Shown in pieces: positions 20,708 to 33,900 of a DNA stretch of 64,000 nucleotides. Origin of the DNA: a virus (Duplodnaviria > Caudoviricetes); the IMG/VR virus record IMGVR_UViG_3300021255_002076, positions 7,148 through 71,147 of that record; one strand, written 5' to 3'. The position numbers and the translations under genes are program-made. The number at the start of each line of letters is the position of its first letter. Position 1 is the first letter of the stretch. The notes beneath the pieces are model-generated. The model saw nothing but the letters and a program-made list of their open reading frames with translations, did not search any database and had not been told where the DNA came from.

Positions 20708-20738
20708 AGCCCATTCGTTCTTATGAAACGGATGGGCT
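20708..20738 (+). terminator. Terminator-like hairpin
   Basis: AGCCCATTCGTT...AACGGATGGGCT. Confidence 0.45.
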
Positions 20739-20766
20739 CTATTCGTATATAAGGAGATGATGGAAT

Positions 20767-21912
20767 ATGGCAGATACACCGAGTTCGGCGATTAATAAAA
20801 TATATGGCGGAGCAACAGGCGGTGGTTCTGGTAGTTCCGGGAGCACATCTGGTTCTTCGCATGCATTTGCCGGTCCTGTTTCAATCGCTGGGGCGCATGG
20901 AATAAAAAGCGGCGGATTCACTGTCCCGGAAGGACCGAAAGACAGAACTCCTCCAGTAGACGGGGGCGGTGGATACTCCGGCGGCGGTGGATACTCCGGC
21001 GGTGGAGGTTATCTTACCAGCTACATTGGCAAATGGTCCGGTGGCGGGAGCTCCCCATCCCCAATATCCGAAAGCGATATTGTTTCGGACCCAGAGACGG
21101 TAAAAGCAGCCTATAACGGAGACGAAGCAGCGAAAGCAAATCAGGCACTCTTGGAAGCTTCCGGTTTAGAAGCGGGCCCTGCCGAGGTCGGTAGAGTCGC
21201 CAATGTCGATACTGTTCAGGAAGAGCAGATGCTGAAGCAGATCAATGAAGCCGCGCAGCAGCAGGCAGCGCTTCAGGTGGATAACTCTGTGCAGCAAAGC
21301 ACCGTGGACTTGCAGCGAAATATGCAGGACGCTCAGGAGCAATATCAAACATCTAAGGACCAGATCGACATCGATGAAGCGAGAGCAAAAGACAATCAGG
21401 TCTTGTACTCTGAGTCCCGTGGTGATCGCGGTGGTATCGGGCAGGCACAATATGATACGGTCCAGAATACAGCAGCGACGAATAGATTAACTGTCCAGAA
21501 CGAGCAGACAAAACTGGCAACAGAAACTGCGAGACAGATTGCAGACCTACGTTCTCAAGGTGAATTTGAGAAGGCCAATCAACTTCTAAGTATTACACAG
21601 AACTACCTGTCCCAGTTAATGAATCTTTACACCTGGGCAAAAGAAACCAATGTAGGTATTGATGAGTTCAATATCCAGGTAGAGGAATGGGAAGAGAACT
21701 ATAGAATAAATCTGCTCAACGCGAATATCGATATTGCTAATGCCACAGGTGTATTTGCAAATGGCACACCAACTTATAACACTTGGGCTAATACACAGAA
21801 GCTTCTTGCTGCATCCGGACAGGCTCTTTTGGAAAAGGGGATCGCGCCTACTGCAGAGCAGCTTGCAGCGATGGGTATGACAAAGACTCAGGCGGTTAGC
21901 TATGTCGGCTAA
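20767..21912 (+). CDS. Putative internal virion (ejection) protein
   Basis: G/S-rich N-terminus and Q/A-rich coiled coil; precedes the giant ORF. Confidence 0.5.
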   Translation: MADTPSSAINKIYGGATGGGSGSSGSTSGSSHAFAGPVSIAGAHGIKSGGFTVPEGPKDRTPPVDGGGGYSGGGGYSGGGGYLTSYIGKWSGGGSSPSPISESDIVSDPETVKAAYNGDEAAKANQALLEASGLEAGPAEVGRVANVDTVQEEQMLKQINEAAQQQAALQVDNSVQQSTVDLQRNMQDAQEQYQTSKDQIDIDEARAKDNQVLYSESRGDRGGIGQAQYDTVQNTAATNRLTVQNEQTKLATETARQIADLRSQGEFEKANQLLSITQNYLSQLMNLYTWAKETNVGIDEFNIQVEEWEENYRINLLNANIDIANATGVFANGTPTYNTWANTQKLLAASGQALLEKGIAPTAEQLAAMGMTKTQAVSYVG

Positions 21913-21941
21913 CACGTCCGGATAATAACGAGGTAGTAATA

Positions 21942-24900
21942 ATGGCAACAGAACGTAACAAGGATCTAGCTTTTGATCCAGCAGATGTAGCTATTTCACA
22001 AGCGCAAGGTGCTGCAAGAAGCTCTGGTTATAATTTTCAAATGCCGGGACAGAGCAGCGCTGGTACAACATCTGATTCCTCCGGTTCGAAGTCTGGTAAC
22101 TTTGGCTTTAATTTCCAGATGCCAGGGCAGAATAACTCTAGTTCGTCTTCGTCTCGTGGCACAAACACTCCTAGTACAGTATGGCAGGATACCGCCAGCA
22201 GTGGGTCAGCCGGTATACCGGACGTTTCTACTCCTTCCGTAGATACCGAAACTCCGGCCGCACCTGAAAAAGCACATCAGGATACTGTTACAGATGTTAC
22301 ACCTGTCTCGGAGGATAAGAGCGGCAAAGCTGTGTTCGATGGGCAGACTTACACAGAGCAGCAGGAAGCCCAGGCAAAATTACAGGCTGAGCAGGAAAAG
22401 GCGGCCGAGGAACATAGGAAAGCACTTGATGCGAAGGTAGCGCCTCCGCAGAAGTCGTATTCCGGCAGTAATTATGACTATGATAAGTTTCAGGGCAAGA
22501 CACACGAGCTCAGTATAAACGATAAGAACGAGCGTGTTTATGAGAGTATTCAGGCCTGGGCTGACGACGTTGATCCGATCTACGACGACAACGCTAACTG
22601 GTATAATGGACTGATAAAAATGGGCGACGACGGTGAGGGCCGATATGCTACCTATACTTCTCCTGAAGAACGCGAAGCCAGAGCTCATGAGGTGGAGAAT
22701 ATTCTTTTCGATATCAACCATGCTCTGAGTAACTGGGATCATTTCGAGTCTATTGGATATACTGAGACCGATAAGAAAGCTCTTGAAGCCTACCGCCCGA
22801 TTGTGCAGGATACCTTGAGTCGTATTTCTGATTACGATGCCGCAATGCGTGAATATGACGACAGGGATATTACTGAGTTAAGCGAGATCTCGGCAAACGC
22901 ATCCGCTACATACGCAGAGGCTCTCTCAATTGTTGAGGATGCTATTGCAAATTCAAACAGCAAACGCGATCCTAATGAAGACGTGTGGGCGATGGATGCC
23001 ACTGCGATGACTGGTCTTATTGTAGAGACCGAGGAGCAGAAGAGAAGCAGGGCGATCGCCAATGCCGACCTTAGTAAGTTCGCTAAAGAGGGCGAGACAA
23101 ATGAGCAGACTCTTGAGCGACTCCGTAAGGAATCCGAAGTTGCTGCGCAGGATCTGCAAACTATAGAGGACGAGAACAAAAATATCGCTCTCTCCAGAAA
23201 GTACATGGGCAACTCCTCTCTTGCGGATTGGCAGGCGTCGTATAACGATATTTCTTCACAGATATCAGCTTTAGCCGCTGGAGACACTGGAGCTAACTTT
23301 GGCGACGCCGAGAGTAGGCCAGGCGGTGTAGCAAACGGTACGCTTGATCTTAACGAATTTGGCTTAATTCGTAAGCCAGACGGTACTGTGGCTATGACTG
23401 ACACGATTACCATCTGGGACGATGACGGCACAGCGGCAGGCTCTTATGTCGTGATTCCTACTGTGGTTAAAGACCCAGAGACAGGTGATTGGAAGCGCCT
23501 TACAAAAGAAGAAGCAACTGCGCATTATAAGGAGTCCAAGACAAAGGATAATAAAGAAGGCGAGCACTTCGGTCGATTCCATGACCAGAAGCAGGCTAAT
23601 GCCTATGCTCGAGAGATCCGTAAGGAAGAGAGCGCCGCTCACGAAGAAGCCAATGCTCTTTATGAAGAACTCGATTGGCTTGGTACGGTCATAAATTATA
23701 ATACCGCTGCTTCACTTAGCGACGATGAACTCGACAGGGCTATTAAGGATCTGAATAGCGCGTCACAGGGCTATGGTAAAGTATATGGCGACGGCAACAT
23801 TTCTCTTCCAGACCGTCTTTCCGAGGTTGGTGTTAGCCGTGAATTTGGCGACGCCGAGACTACTGACGCTTATGAGTCCTATGTCTACCACGACATAAAG
23901 ACTGGCCAGTATGTTGTTATCCCGGCTATGATCCGGGATGAAGAAGGTAACTGGAACTTCGCGACCGAAGCAGACGCGAGGGCGGCGTACCTTCAAACTG
24001 GTGAGCACTTCGGTAAATACAAGAGCAGTAAGGAAGCGGAAGCCGCTATGGCCGCCCTCGAGAACGAAGCAAGCGACGGAAGACGAATTGCGGCTTACTG
24101 GCAGGGAGAGCTGGATATGCTTGAAACCTCTCTGGCAGAAATCAATTTACAGATTTCCTATGGCAATCTTTCGGACGACGAAGAAGCCGAACTCTGGGAT
24201 GAGGCCGGAAAGATCGAACAGTCTATTCGGGATGCAAAAGCAAATCGAGCAGAAGCCTTGAAGACCGCTGGAATTCCGGATGGTAAGACAGACTTTTTGT
24301 CGTATGCAGAAAGACAGAGACTTAATGCCTATCAGCAGGTACAGGCAAGTCGTGAAGCGAATGCTTTCTATCAGGAAAGAATAAAGCCCGCACTTGAGGT
24401 GGATAAAACCCCCGGAGCTTTGGAAGCGCTGATTGCTACGGCAAAGGGCGAGCTTGGATTTACACAGTCCGAGTACGACTCTGCTTTCAGAAGATATAAA
24501 GAACGCGCACTCGAAGAGGACGAAGAGAGATTCGTAAGAGAAAAGCTCGGCGATAAAGATACTGCTACTATTGACGGTATCGAATACGACGAGCAGGAAC
24601 TCAGAGACTATTATCATAATGTATACGATGGTAAGCTCGACGACCAGAGTATTGAAGAGGCTTTCCTGCGCGAGAATCCTGAGTACAGCGACTTCGGCCT
24701 ACGTGGAGAATTCGAGAAGGCGAAGAAAGAATACGAAGACACGCATATCGGTGTAGTTGCTCCGGCATTCGAGGAAACGGAAGAAGGTAAAAGGCTTCTC
24801 CAAGAGATTGATGAGAAGAGAGAAGAAATTGAAACCTACAAGAGCTTTCGTGACTTCGTATGGAAAGAACAGAGAGATCCAGAAGCGGACGAGAAAGTTG

Positions 24901-27900
24901 CTGCAGGTAAAGAGTTTGTTGATAACATCAAAGCAATGTGGGCGGATGTCTCGGAAAACGGAAACTTCGACTACACAGACTATGCCAATGCGACGATCGA
25001 CAGAGCACTTCTGAATAAGGCTCTTGACAATCTGTCTCCGTATGATAAGGAGAGAGCGCTGCAATATGCAGAAGCTTTTGGTATTAATAATGTAATTCCG
25101 AATCCCACCTGGTCTTTCCAGGAGCTGGAGCTGTTCTCATACTACATGGGTAGCGGGGATATAGACACTGCACTTGAGTACGCAAAAGACCAGAATAAGA
25201 AGTACGCCGGTCTTACAAAGATGGAGCGCCAGCAGGCTGTCCTTGAGTATAACAAAGGCATGGCCGAGAAAGCGGCATACGGAGAAACATTCGGTGAGCG
25301 GGTCATCGGTATCGGTTATACAACGGCGATGCAGGTGCTTACCGGATTGCCGACAGCTCTTGGCGTTTCTTCTGTAGAAGCAATTGCTTATGCGTACAAC
25401 GCAAATAAGACTGGGAAGTTTGGGGACCTTCCTATTTCTGACCGTCTTTCCATTACAGAGTACTCTAACCTTGTCCAGTCCGGTATTGCCGAAGTATTTG
25501 ATGAAGTTGGTAAACTGGATTTAGGCTTCACAGAGATAACATGGGGCGATGTGTATAGAGCGGTAAGCAGTTCCATCCAGAGCGCTGAGACGCTTGCTGT
25601 AGGAAGCGCGGTAGGCGGAGCAATAACATCTCTTCTTCCCGAGGTGGCAGCGGCCTTAGGCGGCGCTGAGAAAGCGGCAGAGCTGTTTACAAGTATGTAT
25701 ACGAACTTCACGTTTGGCGGCGCGGCAATGACGGAGACAATTATTGATACGTATAACCGCACCGGCGATATGGATTCGTCTATTCTGATGGGCGTTATGA
25801 GCGGCGTTGCAGAGGGCTTGTTTGAAACAGTCTCTCTCGACTTGATCTTCAACATGAACCCGAGCACACTCACTGGTTTAATGCTTTCTGTACCTCTCAG
25901 CGGCTTTATTGAAGGCAGCGAGGAATTGAACACTGGCGCATTTAACAATCTTATGGATGACGTTATCTGCGGTCAGAAGAGCAAGTGGAAGACCATGCAA
26001 CAAGAACTGATCGACGATTACGGTCGGACACCTGAAGAGGCTGAGATGATTGTTAAGAGCCGGATGCGTGACGAGCTTGTTAAAGAGGGAGTCATCGGTG
26101 CAATGAGCGGTATGTTCATGTCCGCACCGCGTACAGCTTCTCAGGGTATTCACTACGCAAGTGTTGGTAACAGTCTCATAAGAAATAATGCAGTAGAAGG
26201 AACTCTTAATTCTATTGGCGACCATCTGGAAGATCCTGCGATGCAGCCTCCAGCTGTAGGTCAGAGAAATGAGTCCGGCGAGGCAAGAGCCGAAGAGAAT
26301 GCTCCCAGACCTGTTATCCCTCCGAAAGCACAGACAGAGACGACTGCATCGACTGAGCAGTCTACTGAAACAACACCGGCTCCGGAAGTAACCGAACGGA
26401 ACGAATCCGGAGAAGTACGGGCAGAGGAGAACGGGCCAAAAGCTCCGAAGACTGAAGCCGAGAAACAGGTCGCTGATATCCTTGATTCTGATAAAGACGT
26501 TACCCGTAAGCAGGCCAAGGAGATAGCTCAGGACCAGAGCCTTCGTGACGCGTTCGAGCAGCTTACCGGAACCAAGCTTGTCGGATACATTAGTGACATG
26601 GTTAAGACCATTCGCGAAGCATCCGCAGCAAGAAAGACTCAGGCAGCAGAGACGAAGACCGGGTCTGTAGAAGTAGAAAATAACTTGTCCAGAACCGGTA
26701 CTCCTGCTCCAGAGACCAATACTGGTAGTCCGAGAAGAGTCGTCATTCCTGCAAACGAAGGCCGGACCGGGACAGTTACGGTAGAGAACAGTCTATCCAG
26801 AACCGGTACGCCACAAGCGGAGGCACCGACTGGTAGTCTGAACCTTCCAACTCCAGAGAACGATACACGCACTGGTTCTGTAGAAGTGGAGAATGATCTT
26901 TCAAGAACTCAGAAAGAGCCTGTTGACTTTACTGCGGAGGATCTCGGTGCTGAGATCGAGCATAAGACCGTTACTACCGAAGAACTCGGAGAACGTGCTG
27001 CGGATCTGTACGAGCGTGTCAAAGGTAAATGGGATGCAGCTACGAAGAAAGCTGGAGATGAAGCAGTTAGAATCCAGCAGGAGATTCTCGGAATACTCCA
27101 GAAAGCAGAAAACGGCTCTCTCACGAAAGCCGATGAAAGACGTCTTGAACAACTGAAGAAAGAGCAGAGTAGGGCAACTGCTAATATGACTGGCATTGCT
27201 GTTGAGCTTGGTATGCTCCTTGATAGTATTAAAGCTGCTGACACCGAGCTTTATAATACGATCATCCTTGAGAACATAGATGCTATGTTACGGGCCCGTC
27301 CTGCTGACGCACTTGCAGCACTGGCAGGAGTACAGATGAAAGCAACACAGGATGCAGCGTCTATGGCTTATGCCTATGCAAAGCAGGAGCATCCTGACGC
27401 CCTGGTTCTTTCCGAGATTGGTTCTCAGCTTACAAATACGTATGGCGTACCTGCAGAAACTGCTGAAAAGATCCAGCTGAATCTGGCGAGAATCCTTGCC
27501 GGTGATGCACGTATGAGCATCAAGTCTATTGCTGCCTTTGTCAACAGCAAAGACATGCAGGACGACAAGACGCAGAAGGCAGTGGCTGGTTTCATCAGGA
27601 ACTCTCTGGAGCAGACTACACCAGAGCTGGTTTCCAGATTTGGTAATGCATTCATTAATAATATGACTACAGGAATTCTTACCGAGATCCTGTCCAGTAC
27701 TTGGTCGTTCTTCCGTACAGCGAACTTCAATACCGCGAGAGACGTCGCACGTCAGGTCAGCTTCATGCAGACGAATGAAGCAGAGAGTAGTAACGCTGAA
27801 GCGATACAGACCGAGCAGGTAAAAACACCTATGCCGATTCCGAGTGCCGATGCTGTGGGTATGCGGCAGAGCCTCGACGATATGATGAAGGCTCGGCTCC

Positions 27901-30900
27901 AGAACGCTACCGGTACGAACGAGAAATTCCGCATGCCTATACCGAAAGCAGCAGAGACCAGTACGGAGAGTACTGCTCCGGAGGTAAAAGCAGAACCGCC
28001 TATTGCTAATCCGAACGCCGGTATATCCTTAACGGCAGAAGAGAAGCAGCAGGTGTATGAAGCCACAATACCGGCTTCTGTGCAGAACCTGGCTGGGAAG
28101 CAGATCGTCGTTGGGCGCAAGCCGTACAATATTTTCTCCTATGCCAACATGCGTAGGGCTCAGGACTCTACACTTTCCCTTGATCTGGTTGCTGAAGAGT
28201 TCGAGATGATCATGGATGGCGCAAGTCCTCAGGCGGCAAAGAACACTGTGGCCGAGAACCACGGCCTGAATACAAGAGCTCAGACTAATGCCGAAGCTAC
28301 TACTCAGACTACTGGGACTTCTACGCAGAATACAGCTACTAATACACAGGCTGCTACAAATACGCAGGCTAAAACAAATACTGCATCGAGAACGGCGAGT
28401 GCCGAAGACGCCATCCGAATTAACGCCAACCTTCCGTGGGTAACGAGACAGGAATACATCGGCCAGCAGAGGGCGCTTGGCAAGAGCCCGACACAAGCCA
28501 ATCAGGAATTCAGTCTGATGATGACCCGAATCGAGAATAACGAATTCGGTGTGGGCGAAGTAAGGCATGCTGCTCCTGTTGTTACTGCTGCACCGGCCAC
28601 AAGTAAAAAGGCCAATACCGGTGCAAAGAAAAACGGTACAGCTAAGACCGGCGGAACCAAGGCTAAGCGTGGCGGTCCAAAGAGCGCTTCACAGGCTAAG
28701 TACCAGCAGACTGAGGAGCACCTCGAGTCGGCAATCTCCGACTTGACACAGCAATACGAGGCACTATATAATAATTCCAGTAGAAATGAAACTCAGCTTC
28801 AGGCTGTAGAAACAAGACTTAATACTGCTAGACAGGACCTCGCAATATTACAGGCGAGGAGAAGGAGTTTTAATGGCACAACCAATACATTATCTAACGA
28901 AGCTCCCCAACGGGTCGGTAGTACCAATGACGGAGGAAGCGCTGCGGATGTATCAACGCGGGCAGTGGAATCCGGCGGAACGGGAACTTCCGGACAACTG
29001 GGAGGAAATGCGGGCGTACCTGGAGCAAATGGACGAGGAACCGGAGAACGAGTAAACGTATATAATACGGGTGACGGTGAGTCTCTCTACATAGAGAACG
29101 GCCAGACCGTATTTGACTCTGACACAGACGACAGTACAGTATTAACATCCGAAGAAAGAACCATTCTTGAAGCAGCTAAGAAGGCTGGTGTAGGAAGGGT
29201 TCTTTTTGTTATGTGCGATGAATTCGGCCTTACTATACAGCCTAAAGGCGGTGAGCTTCAGTCGGTTGCGGGAATCTTGGATCCGAACGGCAGCAAGACG
29301 TTGGTGTTCAATTTGAATGAAGACCACCGACATGCGTTCCATGAGATTAATCATGCTATCCTCAGCAGCATGTCCGACACAGAGAAGCGTACTTTCCTGA
29401 AGGGTGCTATGAACAAGATATTCGGAAGGAAAGCCGCACTCAAGGGGAAAGTCCAGGAGTATTATGCATCTTTTAATAAGAACGTATACGCAGCGCTGTT
29501 CAACACTGATAAACCTGCTTTCTACGACGCGATCAACGAGGAGATCTTCTGCGACATTGCAGCTATAGACGGCCTTGATCGTATGGCGCAGGAAGACGGG
29601 CAGAGCTATATCGCTGACATTCTTCCTGACTTGAACAAGAATGCGAAGCAGGCGCTTGAAGACTGGCAGAAGAAAACTGAGAAAGCCAGTGAATCTAAAA
29701 AAGCGGGCAAGTCCAAGAAGGCGAGCAAGGCCAAAGTAGAAGAGACTCTAAACGACCCTGTACCTGATTCGTCCAGAAGGTATACAGCAGCGGACGTACG
29801 GAGTGAGATCGATCTTACCGTATCCGGAACCGTTTCGAAAGACCGTGCGATGCCTATAGAGGACAGAACCTGGGACGACATTATCATAAACGACGACGGG
29901 GATGAGGTAACTCGCGCTCAGTTTGTTGCCCGTATGATGAATGGCTTCCGTGGTACTGATGGCGGATTCCAGCTCCAGGAAAGAGTGAACGGCGGTAAGG
30001 CGATGGATCTGTTCGATGCCACGTTCATGCGGCAGAACCAGAGCGAGACGAAGTTCTCCGTAGTCCGCAATGTTACAGACGTAAGAGGGCGTACCTATGA
30101 TACAGCTCTGAAACTGGAGTATCCTTCCGAGGATGATATCTTTACTGATCCAGAGAAGTTCCTTGAATTCTTCAGGGAGAACCTTGCTGGCCATGAGCTC
30201 ACTGTGTTCAAGGACTACGAGAAGGAAACCGTGTACCTTGGGACAGATGAGGACATCGCCAAGCCGAAAGGAAAGAGACCCTATACAGCACTGGAAGAGC
30301 TCCGGTGGAATACCAACCAGAACACCAGGCTGATCCTCCTGAATGCCGAAGAAGCAGCTGAAGTTTCTTATTACGACCGGCTCAGAGACCCGGATCAGGA
30401 TAAAGGAAAGCATGGCGATCTCGATATAAATGGCTGGGATCGTAGAAAGTTCTATGTAATAACCCGGGATAATATAATTGCCCCGGCGAGACTTTACATC
30501 GCCAAGGGCAAAGACGGGCGTAATCTTGTATATAACGCCGCGGTAAATATGAAAAGAGGACGTGCGATAGACGCCGAAGCCACAGCAAGAAATAATTCTG
30601 CTGAGCACGGCCCCGCGCTAAGCCACGGGCTTAGTCTCGCAAGTCCTGAGGGATACGCAGCGCAGACACCGCTAACAACGGAAGGAAATTCCGTTGCGCG
30701 GCCATACTCGGCGCTTAGTTCCGAGCCCGCTTCCGCGCATCCCGAGGATAATAGAATACCACAGGGCGGCGAAGGCGTCAAGTCGGAGAATGTCAACACG
30801 GCTAGACAGACAAGATACTCAGCTCTCGACGCTCGGCACAACGAATTCGCTCCGGTGTTCTACAGCAAGATGCAGAACGTCATCGAAGACTGGACAGCCA

Positions 30901-33900
30901 ATAGCGGTAAGAAGATGCCTGAACGCATGGGCGCTGGCAGTGTCGTGTCCTGGCTGAAAGGTAAGGGCGTAAAGGACGAAGAGATCAAGTGGTCTGGAAT
31001 CGTACCTTACCTTGAAGGAAAGAAGTCCGTCAGTAGAGACGAGCTACTTCAGGTCATGGCTGAGAACCAGTTCGAGATTGAGACGGTTCTGTTTACCCAG
31101 CATGGCGGAAAGAACGCCCAGTATGTTAATGCCGATACGGGTGAAGTGTATAAATCCTGGGAAGCTCTTTATGACGCAGCAGAAGATATTGCCTCAGACC
31201 TTGGCTACTCCGGATGGTACACGATGGCAAGACCCTATAATGAGACTGGCGTAGAAATCTACTTAATTGATGAAAACGCCGAAGATCTCTCCCTTCTCAG
31301 AGCAGATAATCCAACAGCATCGGCGAGTGGAATTGACCGTATCATACAAGAAACTACCTGGGGCGAATATGTACTTCCTGGTGGCCTGAATTACAGAGAA
31401 ATTCTATTCAGGCACCCTGGCCTTGGCTATTCTAATCGTGCTATGCGTGCGCACTGGAGCGATGTCGGGTCCGAGTCTGATGTTCTTGCGCATGCCAGAA
31501 TTGACGACATGAAGGCGAAAGACGGAAGTTCCGTTCTCTTCGTTGAGGAAATCCAGAGTGATCTGCATAATGCTGGCGGCCAATCCGGATTTAATCAGCC
31601 CCTTACCGCAAAAGAAAAAGCCCAGCTGCAAAGGCATGATGAGCTTGAAAAGAAAGCCAATGATTTGTATAACCGGCTTTATGACGATGAGGAGTTAAAT
31701 GCCCGACTGCGAGGCGTCCGCGATAAGTTAAGAAATCTTCGACTGATCATTAACAGCAGACTTGGAGCGGAAGACCGTGTCGGTTGGAATCTCGATTCCT
31801 GGCTTCACTCTGACGATTGGCCGTTAGCCCGTATTGAAATGTCTAGTGAGGACCAGAATGAAATAATCTATCAGTTCCTAACTGACGAAGAAAAGGATAC
31901 GCTCGCTTCCTTCCGTGGAATCTATGAAGAGTATAAAGCCGCAGAGAGAGAAGCAGATAACGCGCCTATTCCTGTTCAGGCTACTAACGCGCCGCCTGAT
32001 GTTCCCTTCGCCGGGTCCTCTGACACCTACCACGAGTACGTGATGAAGCACCTGCTCCGTATGGCAGCAGAAGGAGACTACAATAAGATTGGTTGGACCA
32101 CAGCACAGCAGCAGTCTGATCGCTGGAGCGATGAGTACGCAGAAGGCTACCGTATTGAATACGATCAGAACCTCCCGAAGTTCATGCGCAAGTATGGCAA
32201 ACAGTGGGGCGCTACGGTCGGATCTACCGTCCTGGAGAATGGCGAGGAAGTCTGGAGTGTAGACATCACGCCGGAGATGAAGGAAGATGTCCTGTATAAA
32301 GGACAGACCAAATTCAGTGCCAGAGGTACAAAACAAGTATCGCTAGACGAACTTCAAACTGCTCGTGAAGAGATGCTTAATCTGCGTGATCAGCTTAGCG
32401 ATCGGAAATCGGATGTCGATGAGTGGAGCCGTAGAATAATGGACGGAGAAGCTGAGATCGATGACTATAATAAGTGGCTGTCCGATAGTGGCTACAACAG
32501 ACTCTATATGCAGGAGCGTGAAGCGACTAGACGGTATACAGATCTCAACCGCGCTTATGACGAGCAGCAGGAGAGAGCGAATGCAGAAGCCGAGCAGAAT
32601 GCAATAGAACAGTCCGGCTTATCCGAAGCGGAGTACTTTGGTAAGGAAGCCGTAAAGGTGTTCGGTTACACGCCGTATTTCTATGACGCCGGATACATTA
32701 CTCCGAACGGAAGGATGCTGAACTTCTCTGGTGAGAAGGGTAAGCACTATGGCTCTCGTGGCCAGGATCATAGAAGCATTGGCCAGATCTTTGCGGTAAC
32801 TTCCGGTACAGAAGCCATGAATAGGTTTATCAACTATGGTAATATTCGCCTTATGGCAGAGGCTCCCGGTCTGGATATCAGCGCGAATATCGAACCGACA
32901 GCAGAGCAGTACTCCAGAATTCGTGACTTTGCAAGAAGCGCTCGTGATGAGGACTACTTCAGTATCGACCTTACAGGAGAAGACGGAAGAATAATTGACA
33001 CGATCGAGTACGAAAGCGTCAATCCCACGAAGATAGTAAATGACCTGAAGACGTTCTATCGTACTGGAGAAGTTCCGCAGCAGTCTGTTACTGAACAGTT
33101 CCATAGTAGATTTAGCGCTCTTGGTACACGGCAAGCCGATGCGGCAGAAATAGCCCAAGGCGAAGTAAGTGATACCAAATTTTCTGCGCATGTCAGTGAC
33201 CAGAAAACGCTGGACTTCCTTAATAGCCAATTAGAGAATAGGGAAGTTACCCACACTTATAAAACTTTCCTTGAGATTGTTGACGAAGACGGGAATGTAA
33301 ATCTCTATCCGCCAATGGCCTCTATGCAGAAGGTCGAAGTAAAAACAAAGAATGGTAAGACTAAGACCCAAAAGCAAATGGCCAATGCGATGCGCGTTGG
33401 TATTTGGGAGGAGTCTACAGGAAACCCAGACTCTAAGAACATTATTCCGGACGTATATACTGATGGGCCAAACAAAGGCGAGCAGAAGGTTGACGAGAAC
33501 GGGAACAAAAAATGGCAATATAAGCTCCAGAAAGAAGATCCCGATCTGTCAGATGTAAACGCAGCTTATGATCCGTACCAACATTCAAGTAACGTCGTCC
33601 TGAACGATCAGTTCGAATCTGCGTGGAAGCGCCCCAGACTGGTAACCTACGAATGTATAATTCCGAACAGCGAATTAACAAGTGGGTATTGGTACGGTGT
33701 GACGGATCCGGATAAAGCAAGACGGGCAGATGGGGAAGTGATAACCGCTGCTCTGCCGGTCGGTATGCATGAGTGGCATAAAGGTGTAATCGCTGGCAAT
33801 CTAACAAATACAGATCGACAGGTTTACATGACGAGATGGCTCATGCCGACTAGGAGAATGTCCAATAGCGAAGTCGCAAGAATGTATAAAGATATTCTCG

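Noticed and set aside
26660-26910. RTG(S/T)V(E/T)VEN.LSRT repeats, and GGGYS repeats at about 20960-21015
   Set aside because: Short coding low-complexity linker repeats with no further signal.
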